DNA of 64,000 nucleotides, taken from Azolla caroliniana. Taxonomy: Eukaryota; Plantae; Polypodiophyta. The notes beneath the pieces were generated by a model that was given only the letters and a program-made list of their open reading frames with translations, was not told the origin of the DNA and ran no database searches. Positions 1 through 12,700 of this stretch are shown one piece after another (positions within the stretch are counted from its first letter, which is position 1; each line of letters begins with the position of its first letter). The DNA is taken from positions 19,964,001 to 20,028,000 of the forward strand of contig JBHGNT010000006.1 of the NCBI GenBank assembly GCA_043228905.1, given 5' to 3'. Both the position numbers and the translations under genes were made by a program.

Positions 1-773
1 CTCTAACCTTCAACCGTGCCCTCATCGAGGGTTTTCCACCACAATGGACCATGAACACAGTGGCCCCTTTACATACAGGAGGGGACCCAATGGACCCAAA
101 TACATATAGGACCATTATGATAGGTCATATGCTCGCTAAATTATATGGTGTAGTAATGGAAGCAGAGCTCAACGATTATATGGAAACCTTAAGTCTTCAA
201 GCACCTGAGCAGGCTAGCTTTAAACAAGCCTTCTCCACTATTGACCATATCTTCAACACTTAGATGTTTAATTAACCAGACGACGACTCGCAAGAAGAAA
301 CTATATTGTTGCTTTGTGGACTTCTACAAAGCCTTTGACACAGTTCGTAGGGAGCGGTTGTTTGACAAGCTTAAAAGCTTGGAGATACCAAATGACATGA
401 TTTGGGCCATCTATGCTCTATATGAGATCATTGATTTTATTGCTCGTAAAGGAGGCAACAGAGTAGCCATTGGGGGTACGCAAGTTAGTCTCTACTCTAC
501 GCAAACGACATAGTTTTGCTCTCGGAGTCTGAACACGACCTACAAAAGCACATTAATGCCCTAGACGACTTTTGCACACGAGGACTGGTAGTGAATCTAG
601 CAAAAACTAAAGTCCTTATCTTTTATACATCGTCTCGAGTTAGGAGTAAATGTCACCTAATCCTCTCTCATAAACCAGTTGAGTAATTGGATCATATGTA
701 TATTTGGGAATCACTTTTAGTGCTCGTTCAGGTAAATTCTCGATGACCCAGGCATACAAAGATAGGCTAATGT
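1..773 (+). mobile_element. Decayed non-LTR retrotransposon (RTE-like LINE) reverse transcriptase fragment
   Basis: Frameshifted RT motifs: PNTYRTIMIG..LAKLY, EQASF..STIDHIF, KKLYCCFVDFYKAFDTV, and LLYA(N)DIVLL near 490-520. Appears internally deleted near 423 and is cut off by the LTR at 774. Confidence 0.8.
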
Positions 774-1489
774 TGTCGTAGTGTAATTCGCACACTACGT
801 GAAATATGTAAAAAACATATCCGATTTAAGTACGCATAAATAAATAAAAGAAAATATTAAAAGTATTATTACATGGATAGGGCAAGATTTGAACCTTGTA
901 CCTCCATGTAAACAACCCCAAACTTTATCATTGTATTAACTTATCATAAGTGATCTAAATATAGATTTAATAGGTATACTAGTTATATTTACGCCTATTT
1001 TTACAAAAAAATAAATCATGCACTTTTAGAGTGCGTGAAAACTTTATTTGGAAGAAAAACGCAAGCCAATTACTCATGCACATCTAGTGTGCATGAGCAC
1101 TATATTTACGAAATAAAAAAAAGCATGGTTGAAAAAGGCAACTCATGCACATCTAGTGCGCATGAACACTTTAGGAAAAAACATGATGCTATGGTTAGTC
1201 TCTTCCATCACTATATGAGGAGGAGAGAAAGATGTATATTGTTGTTGATTTTTTTATAAGGGTTGATTAATATAAAATATTCGTGGGATTCACGATTTTG
1301 CCATTTATTTCTCTCTTACAATCTGAGTATCAATTAATACACTATACTCATGGGATTCACGATTTTCATATCTTCTTCTTGCAATCTATTCTTAACTAAC
1401 ATTATCTCATATTTTTCTTTCTCCTAGTCCAAAACCCCAGTGGTTCCCACCCGACTCACGCAAACGATCTGGCGCCGAAAGGCATGACA
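774..1489 (+). repeat. 5' LTR of Gypsy element A
   Basis: TG...CA termini, followed by the PBS. Near-identical to 22781-23308 and to the split solo LTR at 38320-47130. Confidence 0.9.
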
Positions 1490-1657
1490 CAAGTGGTGAA
1501 CCCGACATGAAGATGGGTGGCAAGGAGATGGAGAATCAACAACCGGAAACTAACAACATGATGGCGATGTTCGAGCGGATGCTACAAGAACAACACACGT
1601 GTCAGAGATTGCGGCGGTAGTAGAGCGGCTCGTGCAACGGAGCAGGCAATTCAACGG

Positions 1658-2618
1658 TGTCGTGTGGTTTTTCACACACGATATGAAAACTAGTAAAAGA
1701 ATTATTTAAGATTATCTTAATGTACTGATATGGAAAGATAGATGTCTTCAAGAGTTTCATAACGTATTTTACTACGCATGAAATGGATAAACAAGCATCA
1801 AGTTATGTGAGTGAGAAGTTTAAAGAGAAAAGGAAAAAAAACAAAATTGTGAGATATCCCACATAGATAGGATAACATTGGATTCCCCAATATATATAGA
1901 AAGCCAAAACCTATTCATTATATTAATGTGTGAAGCACAAAATGTTCAAGGTGACTTGGGCTAAATTGTGTGGATGAATGGCTCAAATGATTTTGGGTCA
2001 CGGCGTACGGCCCGATCGGTACGAGCGTGTGTGTGGGCGCGCGCGGACGCATACACGACACGATCGGAACTTGCGCGCGTGGACGTGTGTATGGTTTTGG
2101 TTGCGACGCACGTACGGATTGTACACGAGCTAAACTTTATGGATGATTAGGTCATTTGGCCGAATTATACAGACGGTCGTATGCAACTAAAAGTAAAAGG
2201 CATGCAACTAAAAGTAGAGGCCATGCAACTAAAAGTGGACATGCAAAGTAACATTGGGAAGGGGGATCAACAAAGAGCTCAATATAAGTTCCATTCCTTG
2301 GGGAAGAAATCTCTCTCATATTGATTGACTGGACTCCTTACATGGTTGTTGGCTCCTTCCTTTCCAGAATAATCTCTCTTATTTATATCAGACCACTCCT
2401 TACATGGCTGTTGGCTCCTTTCTTTTTAAGAATGATCTTTGATATCCATATCCAATCCATTGTAACATGATTCTAAGTTTATAAAGAATCGAGTTCTTTT
2501 GCAATAAACGAATTTTTCCTCTCTGCTTGTGTTGTGCGTGTGCGTACTAATTCCTTCCAGTCCATAACCCCGACGGTTTCGTCTCACGATCCGCACATAG
2601 TGACGGATTCTCACGACA
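1658..2618 (+). repeat. 5' LTR of Gypsy element B
   Basis: TGTCGTG...CACGACA termini with the PBS downstream. Contains ~21-bp CATGCAACTAAAAGT subrepeats. Confidence 0.85.
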
Positions 2619-2674
2619 TAATTAAGTGGTGAACCCGACGTGAAAGAGGTGGTAGGGAGGATCTCAATTACAAC

Positions 2675-5600
2675 GATGGCTTCGACATGCGGAACTCAAG
2701 GAGAGGAATTAACGAAAGGTATGGTGTCCGTAGTGGAATACATGCTGAAGGTGAGAGATCGAGAAGCTGTTGATCGTACAGTCGAGATAGCTGGATGATT
2801 TGGTGGCAAGAACATCACGGATTTTCTTGCGACGTATCGAAACGAGATGCAACAGAGGGATGTCAACGATCTCAAACAAATTTCTAGCTTCAAACATGTG
2901 GTGGAACCAAGGATTCGTGAGCGTGTCATGGAGATCCAAAACGAGCACACAGCTTGGGTGGAGTTTGAAAAGGCGCTTCTCGCTGAATACATGCTTGAAG
3001 ACGCGTCACAGATGACTCAACATACGCTAATGATGTGGATCGAGAAGAAAGGGAAGAATATGTGTGTGTCTGGAGTATATGCTGAATTCGACCAGAAGTA
3101 CAACCGAGTTCCTAGTGTTGATCAATGAGTTCTCGATGGAGATAAAGTCCTACTATTCCTAAAGGCAGTGGATGCGAAAGATCGCTGAGAATTGGGCAAC
3201 TTTTTGGAGGACGAAACACAACCAAATGGTTTGGTAACGGACTGGGCGGCGGTGAAGAAGGCTTGTAGTCGTCTTGATAAGTGTCGACAATGGCAAGAGG
3301 AAACTGATATGGAGAATCCACAATCGTGGAGGAGGAAGGCGCCTATGACGATCTAGCCTAGCAAGCCGATCAACAATTTCGACAAGGAAGCAATGGAAGA
3401 ATCCATAATAGAAGAGCTCTCCAAGACGTTTGAAGCGGTATCGTTGGCCAACTTAGGTCAACGCGGGCCTAGGGGAAAATAAGTGTATAGATGTGTGTGG
3501 TGCGACAACGTCGAGCACTCGCGAAGGGAGTGCACTGACTTGCAAGACGCGATTCGCAAGAACGTTGTCTATTTGGACGGCAACATGATTCATTCAAGCG
3601 AGACCCGGAAGCCACTACAAGTGAACTTCGGAAGAGGCGGGCTGAAAAGATCGTGGAAGAGGAAGATGCAAGGCATGTAGAAGCCATGCACTATGCCGCA
3701 TCGGCCAGGATACGAGTTGGAAGAGAGAATCTAAAGACGATCAAGCCAGGAGCTGGGTTTTGGCCAACGGTATTTGAGTGCGAAAAGAGAGGCAAAATCA
3801 ATTTGGAGGATGTACAACTTGTTCATCGGAATGTGCGATGAGTTACCGGATGGTCAGATGCAGTCGATGATAACACGAGCTTTGCGGAGGTTGTGTGTGA
3901 CAACTATGAAGCTCTTGTCGAAGAGAAGAGGAAAAGAACCAGTGAAAGATGGCACATCAAAGTGTCACAATATGGGGAATGCAGGGAAAGAAGGACAAGC
4001 CCAACCTACGCCACGAAAAGAGATAGGAGAAACAATGAAGCCCGGTGGATCGAGCCAACCTTCTCGGATGAAAGTCGATGAATCTGTGAAGAAAGGAAAA
4101 GAACGAGCGGCGCTGACTTACAAGCTAAGGTCGGACATAGAACAAACAACCGACTTGCGGGAGGTCCTTGAGGAGAAGGTTTTAGACAGTCATGTTGACC
4201 TTAGTTTGAGAGAGCTACTTGGGATCACTAAGAAGGAGTTCCACGATACAATCGTGGACTTGATTAAGCGGAAGTGGCAACAAGCGGATGAAGAGGAGGT
4301 GAAAACAAGTGCCATAACCATGGCAAGATCGGAAGAGGAGAAAGAAGAAGAAGTGATGGCGATCAACCATTACTCTCGGCCTCATTGGGCAAGAGCGACA
4401 ACAGAGACGCCGGTGAAGATCGGGGAGAAGAAAGAGACCATGGTAGCTTTGATTGACCATGGTTTGGAGATTAACCTCATGTCGACCGAGTTCTACAAAA
4501 AGGGAAGATGGCCGAATAATACAAACCACGGATGGAAGATTCGAGCGACAACGAAGGCCACGGAAGACTTGTACAGAGCTTGCCCCAATGTTAAAGTCAC
4601 GATTGGAGATGTGGAGATGGATCAACACTTCTTGGTGCAAGACTCGGCTTCGCATCCTGTCATCCTAGGTCAACCGTATATCACATCGTCCTGGATGGAG
4701 ACCAAGGTGTTCGATAATGGAGCAACTTTTGCGCGAGTCAAGAGCCTTGACAACCAAAGATCTGTTCAATCCTTGACGGTGCGAGCCAATCACGAAAGGA
4801 ACCGAGATAGCCTTGGAGGCGAATCCTCGGATTTTTAGAACGGACTATTGAAGCATGGGGCACAAATAGTCCGAGCAATCATAAGTCCCCACAAGAAAGT
4901 AGAGCGCGTGGATTGTAAGGAGAAGCAACATGTGTCACACCTAGTGGCGCATGTAAACTAACACTACTCAACAAGAAGTACAAGTGTCGGATACAAGACT
5001 TCCAGAAGGCGTTGAAAGAAGAAAGAATAATAGGAGAAGAAGAATTCGTAACTCATATTCTAGAGGAAGCCTCATTTAACGAGACCATCAGCGAAATCGA
5101 GGAAGTCGTGGACTTGAGCTATCCTCACGATCAACACGAGATTTCGGTTAACTCCGTCAACATGCACGCTATCATTGATGAATATCATCGAGGCATCTTG
5201 ATGGAGGAAGCTGAAGTCAACACAAAATATAAAACGGTGGATAGAAAGATCAAGCCAGTTGCAATTCCGCTACCGGAAGATAGCTGGCAAAAGATGAAGG
5301 AAGTTTCTAATGATCTAAGCTTAAGGGATCCAAAGGCAATAGGTCATGTCTTCACTAAAGAGACAAAAGTGAAGCTACAAGTTGGAAAGGAGGATTTCCT
5401 CCTCCTTGAAGAGGAGTGAATGTCCCGCGGAATGCTTGAGAGACATGGGAAAGCCTTCGCCTTCTCCCCACAAGAGATCGGATGTGCCGACCCGAAGATG
5501 ATAGAGCTGATGGTGATATTTACGGTGCCGCATGTACCTTGGAACCTCAAACCGATACTAGTTCCAAGAGCTCACATTCCAAAGTTGATTGAGCTTTTAA

Positions 5601-7421
5601 AGGAAAATGTTAGGATGGGAATTCTTGAGCCATCCAATGCTCCCTACTCTAACAGATGGTTTACGGTGCTGAAGAAGAACGAGTCCTTACGCTTTATTCA
5701 AGATCTCCAACTCGTCAACAAGGTGATGATCCGAAATGCCAGAATTGGTCCAAGCGTGGGTGAATTTGCCGAAGCCTTCGCGGGAAGATCGATCTATTCC
5801 ATTGGTGATCTCTACTTGGGCTATGATCAATTTCAATTGGCCGTCGATAGTAGAGACATAACGACAATGAGGACGCCGATCGGGTTGGTAAGGATGTGTA
5901 CCTTACCCCAAGGTGTGACAAATTCCGTAGCCCACATGGTGAATGCCATGAATAAAATGTTGAGGGATTGTATCCCTGATATCACAATGCCCTTCTTAGA
6001 TGACATTCCAATCAAAGGATGCTTGGTGGAAGAGAAAGATGAATCGAAGGATGAAGATGGTTGCCGAAGATTCGTCATCGATCATATAAAGGATAGCGAG
6101 GTGTTGCAAAAGCTTGAGGATGCAAATCTCACGTTTTCGGGAGAGAAGTCTGCATTCGGTCAACCAGAAATATTGGTAGTAGGACACTTATGTGGGTCTT
6201 ATGGCCGGAAGCCATCTCCATCCAAGGTGAACGCTATTCAAGAGATGAAAGAAGAATGTGTGTCTCAAACGGAGTTGCGAAGATTCTTGGGAGCATGTAC
6301 ATTCTATCACATATGGATTCCACATTATGCTCATGTCGCTGAACCATTGTATGTATTACTAAAGAAAAGGAAGAAGTTCAAATGGGAAGATGAGCATACC
6401 TACGTTGTTCAAAAGCTAAAGAAACTATTATTGGAAGCTCTGACACTGCGAAAAACTGACTACATCGAAGGTACCCCGATATATGTGACAATGGATACGA
6501 GCCCAACCGGAATCGGATGGGTGATAAACCAAGAAGACAAAGAAAAGAATTGGTATGTAATCCGATTCGGTGCAAAGGTGTTGATCGAAAGACAAAGAAA
6601 GTATGCCCAAGTAAAGAGAGAGTTATGGGGAATAGTATCTGCGGTTAAAACCAATTGTGACCACCTTATCGGAACAGAGGTCATAATCGAAACTGATTGT
6701 CTACCTATTCTTGGAATGATATCCGGTTGTGCTACACCGGATATTGCTATGATGTGATGGATTGCCTATATCAAGTCCCTCAACCTCGAGATTCGACATA
6801 TAAATGGAAAGCATAATGTGGTGGCCGATATGTTGTCAAGGGCAAGGTATGAGGGTGAAGAAGATTTGCACTCCGACAAAGAGGATGTTGGCCTAAACTT
6901 CTTTACGGTTTCTTGTGCTCGGGTGTTAGCAGTGTTTAAAGTAGAAGATTATGAGGGTGAATTCATCGAAATTGGCAAGTACTTAAGCTCTCTTACAAAG
7001 GATGAATCATGGTCAAAGGAAGATTTCTACCGAATTAGGAAGAAGGCCTACAAGTTCTTCCTCAAAGAAGGACATCTATGGAAGTTTCCAAAGAAGAAGA
7101 ATAGAACTCCACTTCGACTGGTGTGCAAGAAACAAGATCAACAAACACTAATTGCTAAATTTCATGATAGTGTGTGGGCAGGTCATCGAGGTATATGGGC
7201 AACTTTCACAAAGCTCAAGGAGAAGTATTGGTGGTTGGGTGTTTACAAAGATGTAGCAAACTATGTTGAAACATGTGAGCAATGCCAATTATACTCGAAT
7301 ATTCCACATAGGGATGAACTTCATCCGACATATCCATTATCAATGCATTATAAGTGGTTGGTAGACATAGTGGTTATGCCAATGGGATTGGGGCAGATGA
7401 AGTATCTTGTGCTAGCAAGAG
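2675..7421 (+). pseudogene. gag-protease / pol (RT, RNase H, partial integrase) pseudogene of element B
   Basis: ORF fragments 2847-3128, 3483-3680, 3774-4838, 5012-5419, 5420-6757 and 6818-7421 are collinear with the intact element's proteins and separated by stops and frameshifts. Confidence 0.88.
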
Positions 7422-7673
7422 TAGAGGGAAAAAATGGAACTTATATTGAGCTCTTTGTTGATCCCCCTTCCCAATGTTACTTTGCATGGCCTCTACTTTT
7501 AATTGCATGCTTCCATTTTTAGTTGCATGCCTTTTACTTTTAGTTGTTTGCTTCCATTTTTAGTTGCATGCCTTTTACTTTTAGTTGCATGCTTCCATTT
7601 TTAGTTGCATGCCTTTTACTTTTAGTTGCATGGCCTTGGCTTTTAGTTGCACGCGACCGTCCGTATAATTCGG

Positions 7674-8870
7674 CCAAATGACCTAATCATCCATAAAGTT
7701 TAGCCCGTGCGCAATCCGTACGTGCGTCGCAACCAAACCGTAGTTTGCACAAGCTTTAGCGAGAAAGTATTTAAGATAGATTGAAAGAGAGAGAGATTGA
7801 GATAAGATAAAACGCTTAATTGGATAACGAATGTGATGCATGTTTGCCATTTGGTGCTCATGCATCACATGTCACATGTTTGCCATTCTCGCCGGCGCCG
7901 TCGGCCCCGTCGCCGCCAACTCGTCGATCACCTCGTTGCTCGCCGGCGTCGTCGGCTCCGTTGTTGGTTGCCGCCGCCAACTCGCCGGTCACCTCGTCCA
8001 AATGACCTAATCATCCATAAAGTTTAGCCCGTGCGCAATCCGTACGTGCGTCGCAACCAAACCGTAGTTTGCACAAGCTTTAGCGAGAAAGTATTTAAGA
8101 TAGATTGAAAGAGAGAGAGATTGAGATAAGATAAAACGCTTAATTGGATAACGAATGTGATGCATGTTTGCCATTTGGTGCTCATGCATCACATGTCACA
8201 TGTTTGCCATTCTCGCCGGCGCCGTCGGCTCCGTCGCCGCCAACTCGTCGGTCACCTCGTTGCTCGCCGGCGTCGTCGGCTCCGTTGTTGGTTGCCGCCG
8301 CCAACTCGCCGGTCACCTCGTCCAAATGACCTAATCATCCATAAAGTTTAGCCCGTGCGCAATCCGTACGTGCGTCGCAACCAAACCGTAGTTTGCACAA
8401 GCTTTAGCAAGAAAGTATTTAAGATAGATTGAAAGAGAGAGAGATTGAGATAAGATAAAACGCTTAATTGGATAACGAATGTGATGCATGTTTGCCATTT
8501 GGTGCTCATGCATCACATGTCACATGTTTGCCATTCTCGCCGGCGCCGTCGGCTCCGTCGCCGCCAACTCGTCGGTCACCTCGTTGCTCGCCGGCGTCGT
8601 CGGCTCCGTTGTTGGTTGCCGCCGCCAACTCGCCGGTCACCTCGTCCAAATGACCTAATCATCCATAAAGTTTAGCCCGTGCGCAATCCGTACGTGCGTC
8701 GCAACCAAACCGTAGTTTGCACAAGCTTTAGCGAGAAAGTATTTAAGATAGATTGAAAGAGAGAGAGATTGAGATAAGATAAAACGCTTAATTGGATAAC
8801 GAATGTGATGCATGTTTGCCATTTGGTGCTCATGCATCACATGTCACATGTTTGCCATTCTCGCCGGCGC
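7674..8870. repeat. 324-bp tandem repeat, left part (units start at 7674, 7998, 8322, 8646)
   Basis: Near-identical units, also visible as identical small ORFs spaced 324 bp apart. Each unit has GC-rich CTCGCCGGCG(C/T)CGTCGGCTCCG subrepeats. Confidence 0.95.
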
Positions 8871-9718
8871 TGTCGTGCCTTTCGGCTCCGGATCGTTGCG
8901 TGAGTCGGGTGGGAACCACAGAGGTCTTGGACTAGGAGAAAGAAGTTCGTGAGATAGAGATTAATTATGAGTAAATAGCAAAGAGAAAGATAAGAAACTC
9001 GTGAATCACACGAGTATACTATATTAATTGGTACTTAGGGTGTTAAGAGAGAAGTAGACGTATAAATCGTGAATCCCACGAATAATTTTTGTATTGATTA
9101 ATTCTTAATCCAAATAATCAACAACCCTTTACATATTTCTCTCCTCCTTATATAAGGAAGGAAGAGCTAAGCATGGCTTCATGCTTTTTTTTTTACAAAA
9201 AGTGTTCATGTCCACTAAATGTGCACGTGATGCTTTTTTATTTCCTAAGTATAGGGCTCATGCACGCTAGATGTGCATGAGTTATTTTTAGTGTCTCGTC
9301 TTTTTCATATATTAAAAATACACGATTTACCTTTTAATAAAGGTATGCATAAATAAAGGTCTTATACGTATTAAATCTATATTTAAAACACTTAAGATAA
9401 GTTAATGTAATGGTAAGGTTGGGGTTTGTCAACGTGGAGGTGCAGAGTTCGAATCACGCCCTGCGCAGTAGTGAGTATTTCCTTTCTTTTTACATTTATG
9501 TCTCTTTATCCGTTTTCCTCCTTGCCGGTATGCCGTTTTCTTCCTTGCCGGTATGCCGTTTTCCTCCTTGCCGGTATGTCGTTTTCTTCCTTGCCGGTAT
9601 GTCGTTTTCCTCCTTGCCGGTATGCCGTTTTTCCTCCCGGTTCTCACCGAGCACTCCATTCTCTATCCGGAGGGACAAAAATATAATTTCCACATAGTGT
9701 GCAACCTACACTACGACA
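8871..9718 (-). repeat. 3' LTR of the intact Gypsy (848 bp; five 23-bp TTTTC(C/T)TCCTTGCCGGTATG(C/T)CG repeats)
   Basis: TGTCGT...ACGACA termini; direct repeat of 15386-16210. Confidence 0.96.
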
Positions 9719-12700
9719 CTCGCCCCCTCCAAACCCGCACATCCTCCGGTATGTGCCGAAGTTCTTGATTCTTCGTATCCGTCTTCATCCGAAGCTTCCT
9801 CCGATTCTCCCCTTATGTCGACTATGAGTTGTAATCCACTTTCTTCGCTTCCCGCATCATTGTGGTCTTCGTCCGATTGCTCCTCGTTGTCGGCCTCGAC
9901 TTGGATCACATAAGGTTTGTCGTCGGTCCGCTTCTTGAAAATCTTCACCCGCTTCCCGGCTATAGGCACTCGTAGTATTGTTCCATCCAACTCGGACAGT
10001 CGGTACGTCCCGTTGTCGAAGACCTTCCGAACCTCGTACGGCCCGAACCACCTTTTCGCGAATTTCCGCATCGTTGTATGTTGATGGTCCAAGCTACTAT
10101 CATAGACGATCACCCAATCTCCTTCTTCAATCCTCCTCGGTCGTAGTCGGTGCTTTGTGTCGAACCGGCTTTTGTTCCGGAACCGTGCTTCTTGTTGTCG
10201 GCGTGACGCTTCCGCTACATCTTTCGGTCTTCCCTCCAGTTGTCGTATCCGGACCGCTAGTAGTTCTTCCCGGCTCATCTCTTCCTTCCACGGTAGTATT
10301 GTCCATGTCGCGATTGCGGTTTCCGTTGGCATTACCGGTGCTTGTCCGGTCATGAGTTCTGCCGGCATGTATCCGGTCACGGAGCTATGCGTCGTCCGAT
10401 CCGCCCATAGTGCATACGGAAGCATTTGTGGCCAATCCTTCACCCTTCCGTCGCATGCCTTCGCAAGTGCTTTCACGATCGGACTATGTCCTCGTTCGAT
10501 CTTCCCGTTGGCCTCCGGATTGTAGGCCGTTGTCAACGTTAACCGAACTCCATGTTTGGCGAAGAATCCCCTAGCTTTGTCCGAGTCGAGTTCTCCCCGG
10601 TCCGCAATCACTTGTCCTACGCAGCCGTACCTACAAAACACTTCTTCCAAAAGAAATTGGCACACCGTGGCACACGTTTTCCTCCGAAGCGCTCGACCTT
10701 CAACTTGGTTTGTGAGATCTTCTCGAGCTAACACTAAGTATTTCTTTTGTCCAATCCCGGTCGGCATAGCTACAATGTCGACCATCCACTTGAAGTTGAT
10801 TGTCGGTGAGAATGTCGGATGCAGCTCATCTCGGTGTCGGACCCCGGAGTAGACTTGACATTTCTCGCAGCTTTCTGTGAACTCCGCGACATCTTTATAC
10901 ATGTTCTTCCACCAATATCTTTGCTTGATTTTCACAAAAGTTGCCCATGTTCCTCGATGTCCAGCCCAATCGGATTCGTGGAACTCGGACATTATCCGGT
11001 TTCGTTGCTCTTTCGTCCCGACTACTCGAAGTGGTATCCCATCCGGTCTTTTCGGCGTCCTCCATATTAAACCGTTTTCCAAGAAGAACTTTTGGACTTG
11101 CCTCTTCTTCCTTCGGATCTCGGCTCTCCTTTCTTTATCATTGGTTGAATCCTCGACCTCTTGTAGCATCTTCCCGATCATCAAGGTTTCCCCCTCGTAT
11201 TCTTCTTCCCGGAATTCTCGGATCACGTTCACTCGGCATATGTGTTCTGACGTGAAGTAGTCTTCGGAAACTTCTTCATTATCTGATTCGGTTATGTCGT
11301 CTTCAAACCGCGCCCTCGATAACATGTCCGCTACCGCGTTGTCCTTCCCCGAGATGTGTCGAACCTCCGGATTAAGTGACTTGACATATGCAATCCACCT
11401 TAGCATAGCCACATCCGGTATCGTACAACACCGCATCATCCCGAGTATCGGAAGACAATCCGTCTCGATCACCACTTCAGCTCCGATCAAATAATCCCGA
11501 TCCGATTTTATCGCCGACACGACTCCCCACAATTCTCTTTTGACTTGTGCATATCCGCGTTGCCTTTCGTTGAGGACCTTTGCTCCAAATCGGATCGGAT
11601 ACCGCGAACCATCCGAGTCGGCTTGATTGATGACCCACCCGATACCGGTTGGACTTGTATCAACCGTTACTATGATTGGCCACTCGTAGCTTGGCTTCTT
11701 AAGTGATTCCGCCCTCCATAGTGTCTTCTTGAGCTTCCTCATGGCTTTAGTGTGTTCCGGTTTCCACTCGAATTTCTTACCTTTCCGCAACAAGTGATAG
11801 AGCGGGTCCGCTATATGTGCATAGTGCGGAATCCATATGTGATAGAATGCACACGCACCCAGAAACCTTCGGACTTCCGATGTTGACTCACATACTTCCT
11901 TCATAGCTTGAATCGCATCGATCTTTGTTGGTGACGGTCTTCGGCCGTAGGGTCCACATAGATGTCCGACCACCAATATTTCTTCTTGCCCGAATGCCGA
12001 TTTCTCCCCGGAAAGTGTTAGGTGCACATCTTCTAGTTTTCGCAACACTTTCTCGCAATCATGAATATGGTCGACCACGAACTTTCGGCATCCCCGATTA
12101 TCCATAGTCTCATCTTTTTCTTCCACCACGCATCCTTTCATCGGAATGTCATCTAGAAACGGCATCGTTATCTCCGGGATGCAATCTCGAAGCACCTTGT
12201 TCATCGCGTTCATCATATGTGCAACCGAGTTTGTCGCTCCTTGTGGTAGTGTGCACATTCGAACTAGTCCTATCGGTGTCCGCATGGTAGTGATGTCTCG
12301 GCTCTCCACGGCTAGTTGGAATTGGTCATACCCCGAGTATAGGTCCCCGATGGAGTATATCGCACGTCCGGCAAAAGCTTCCGCGAATTCGTCCACTATC
12401 GGACCGACTCCCGAGTTCCGGATCGTGACCTTGTTCACCGGTTGCAAGTCTTGGATGAATCGGAGTGACCCATTCTTCTTCGGAACCGTAAACCATCGAT
12501 TTGAGTACGGAGCACTTGATGGCTCTAGAATCCCCATCGCCACCTTCTCCTTGAGCAAGTCGATGACTTTCGGAATATGCGCCCGTGGCACCGGAATCGG
12601 CTTCAGGTTCCACGGTACATGATCAATCGTGAAAATCACCATCGGCTCCACTATCTTCGGATCAATGCATCCGATCTCCCTCGATGTGAACGCGAATGCT

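Larger units (their letters stand above)
1658..7421 (+). mobile_element. Gypsy element B (tRNA-Trp-primed, different subfamily), decayed, truncated in integrase
   Basis: LTR 1658-2618 (TGTCGTG...CACGACA) and PBS TGGTGAACCCGACGTGA 2627-2643. Broken gag with CCHC knuckle (CVWCDNVEHSRREC), protease (LIDHG), RT (PFLDDIP), RNase H and an integrase HHCC domain ending at ...KYLVLAR. Confidence 0.9.

Noticed and set aside
7490-7650. ~20-bp TTTTAGTTGCATG repeats, and also the 23-bp and 54-bp LTR repeats, as CRISPR-like arrays
   Set aside because: They are head-to-tail repeats with no unique spacers, lie inside LTRs in a eukaryotic context, and have no cas genes nearby.
7683-8840. Repeated 61-64 aa ORFs as a small peptide gene cluster
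   Set aside because: They are by-products of the 324-bp tandem repeat, occur on both strands and show no recognisable domain.
9398-9470. A functional tRNA gene in the LTR
   Set aside because: No convincing acceptor or anticodon stem can be formed. It is kept only as a tRNA-like promoter module in the findings.
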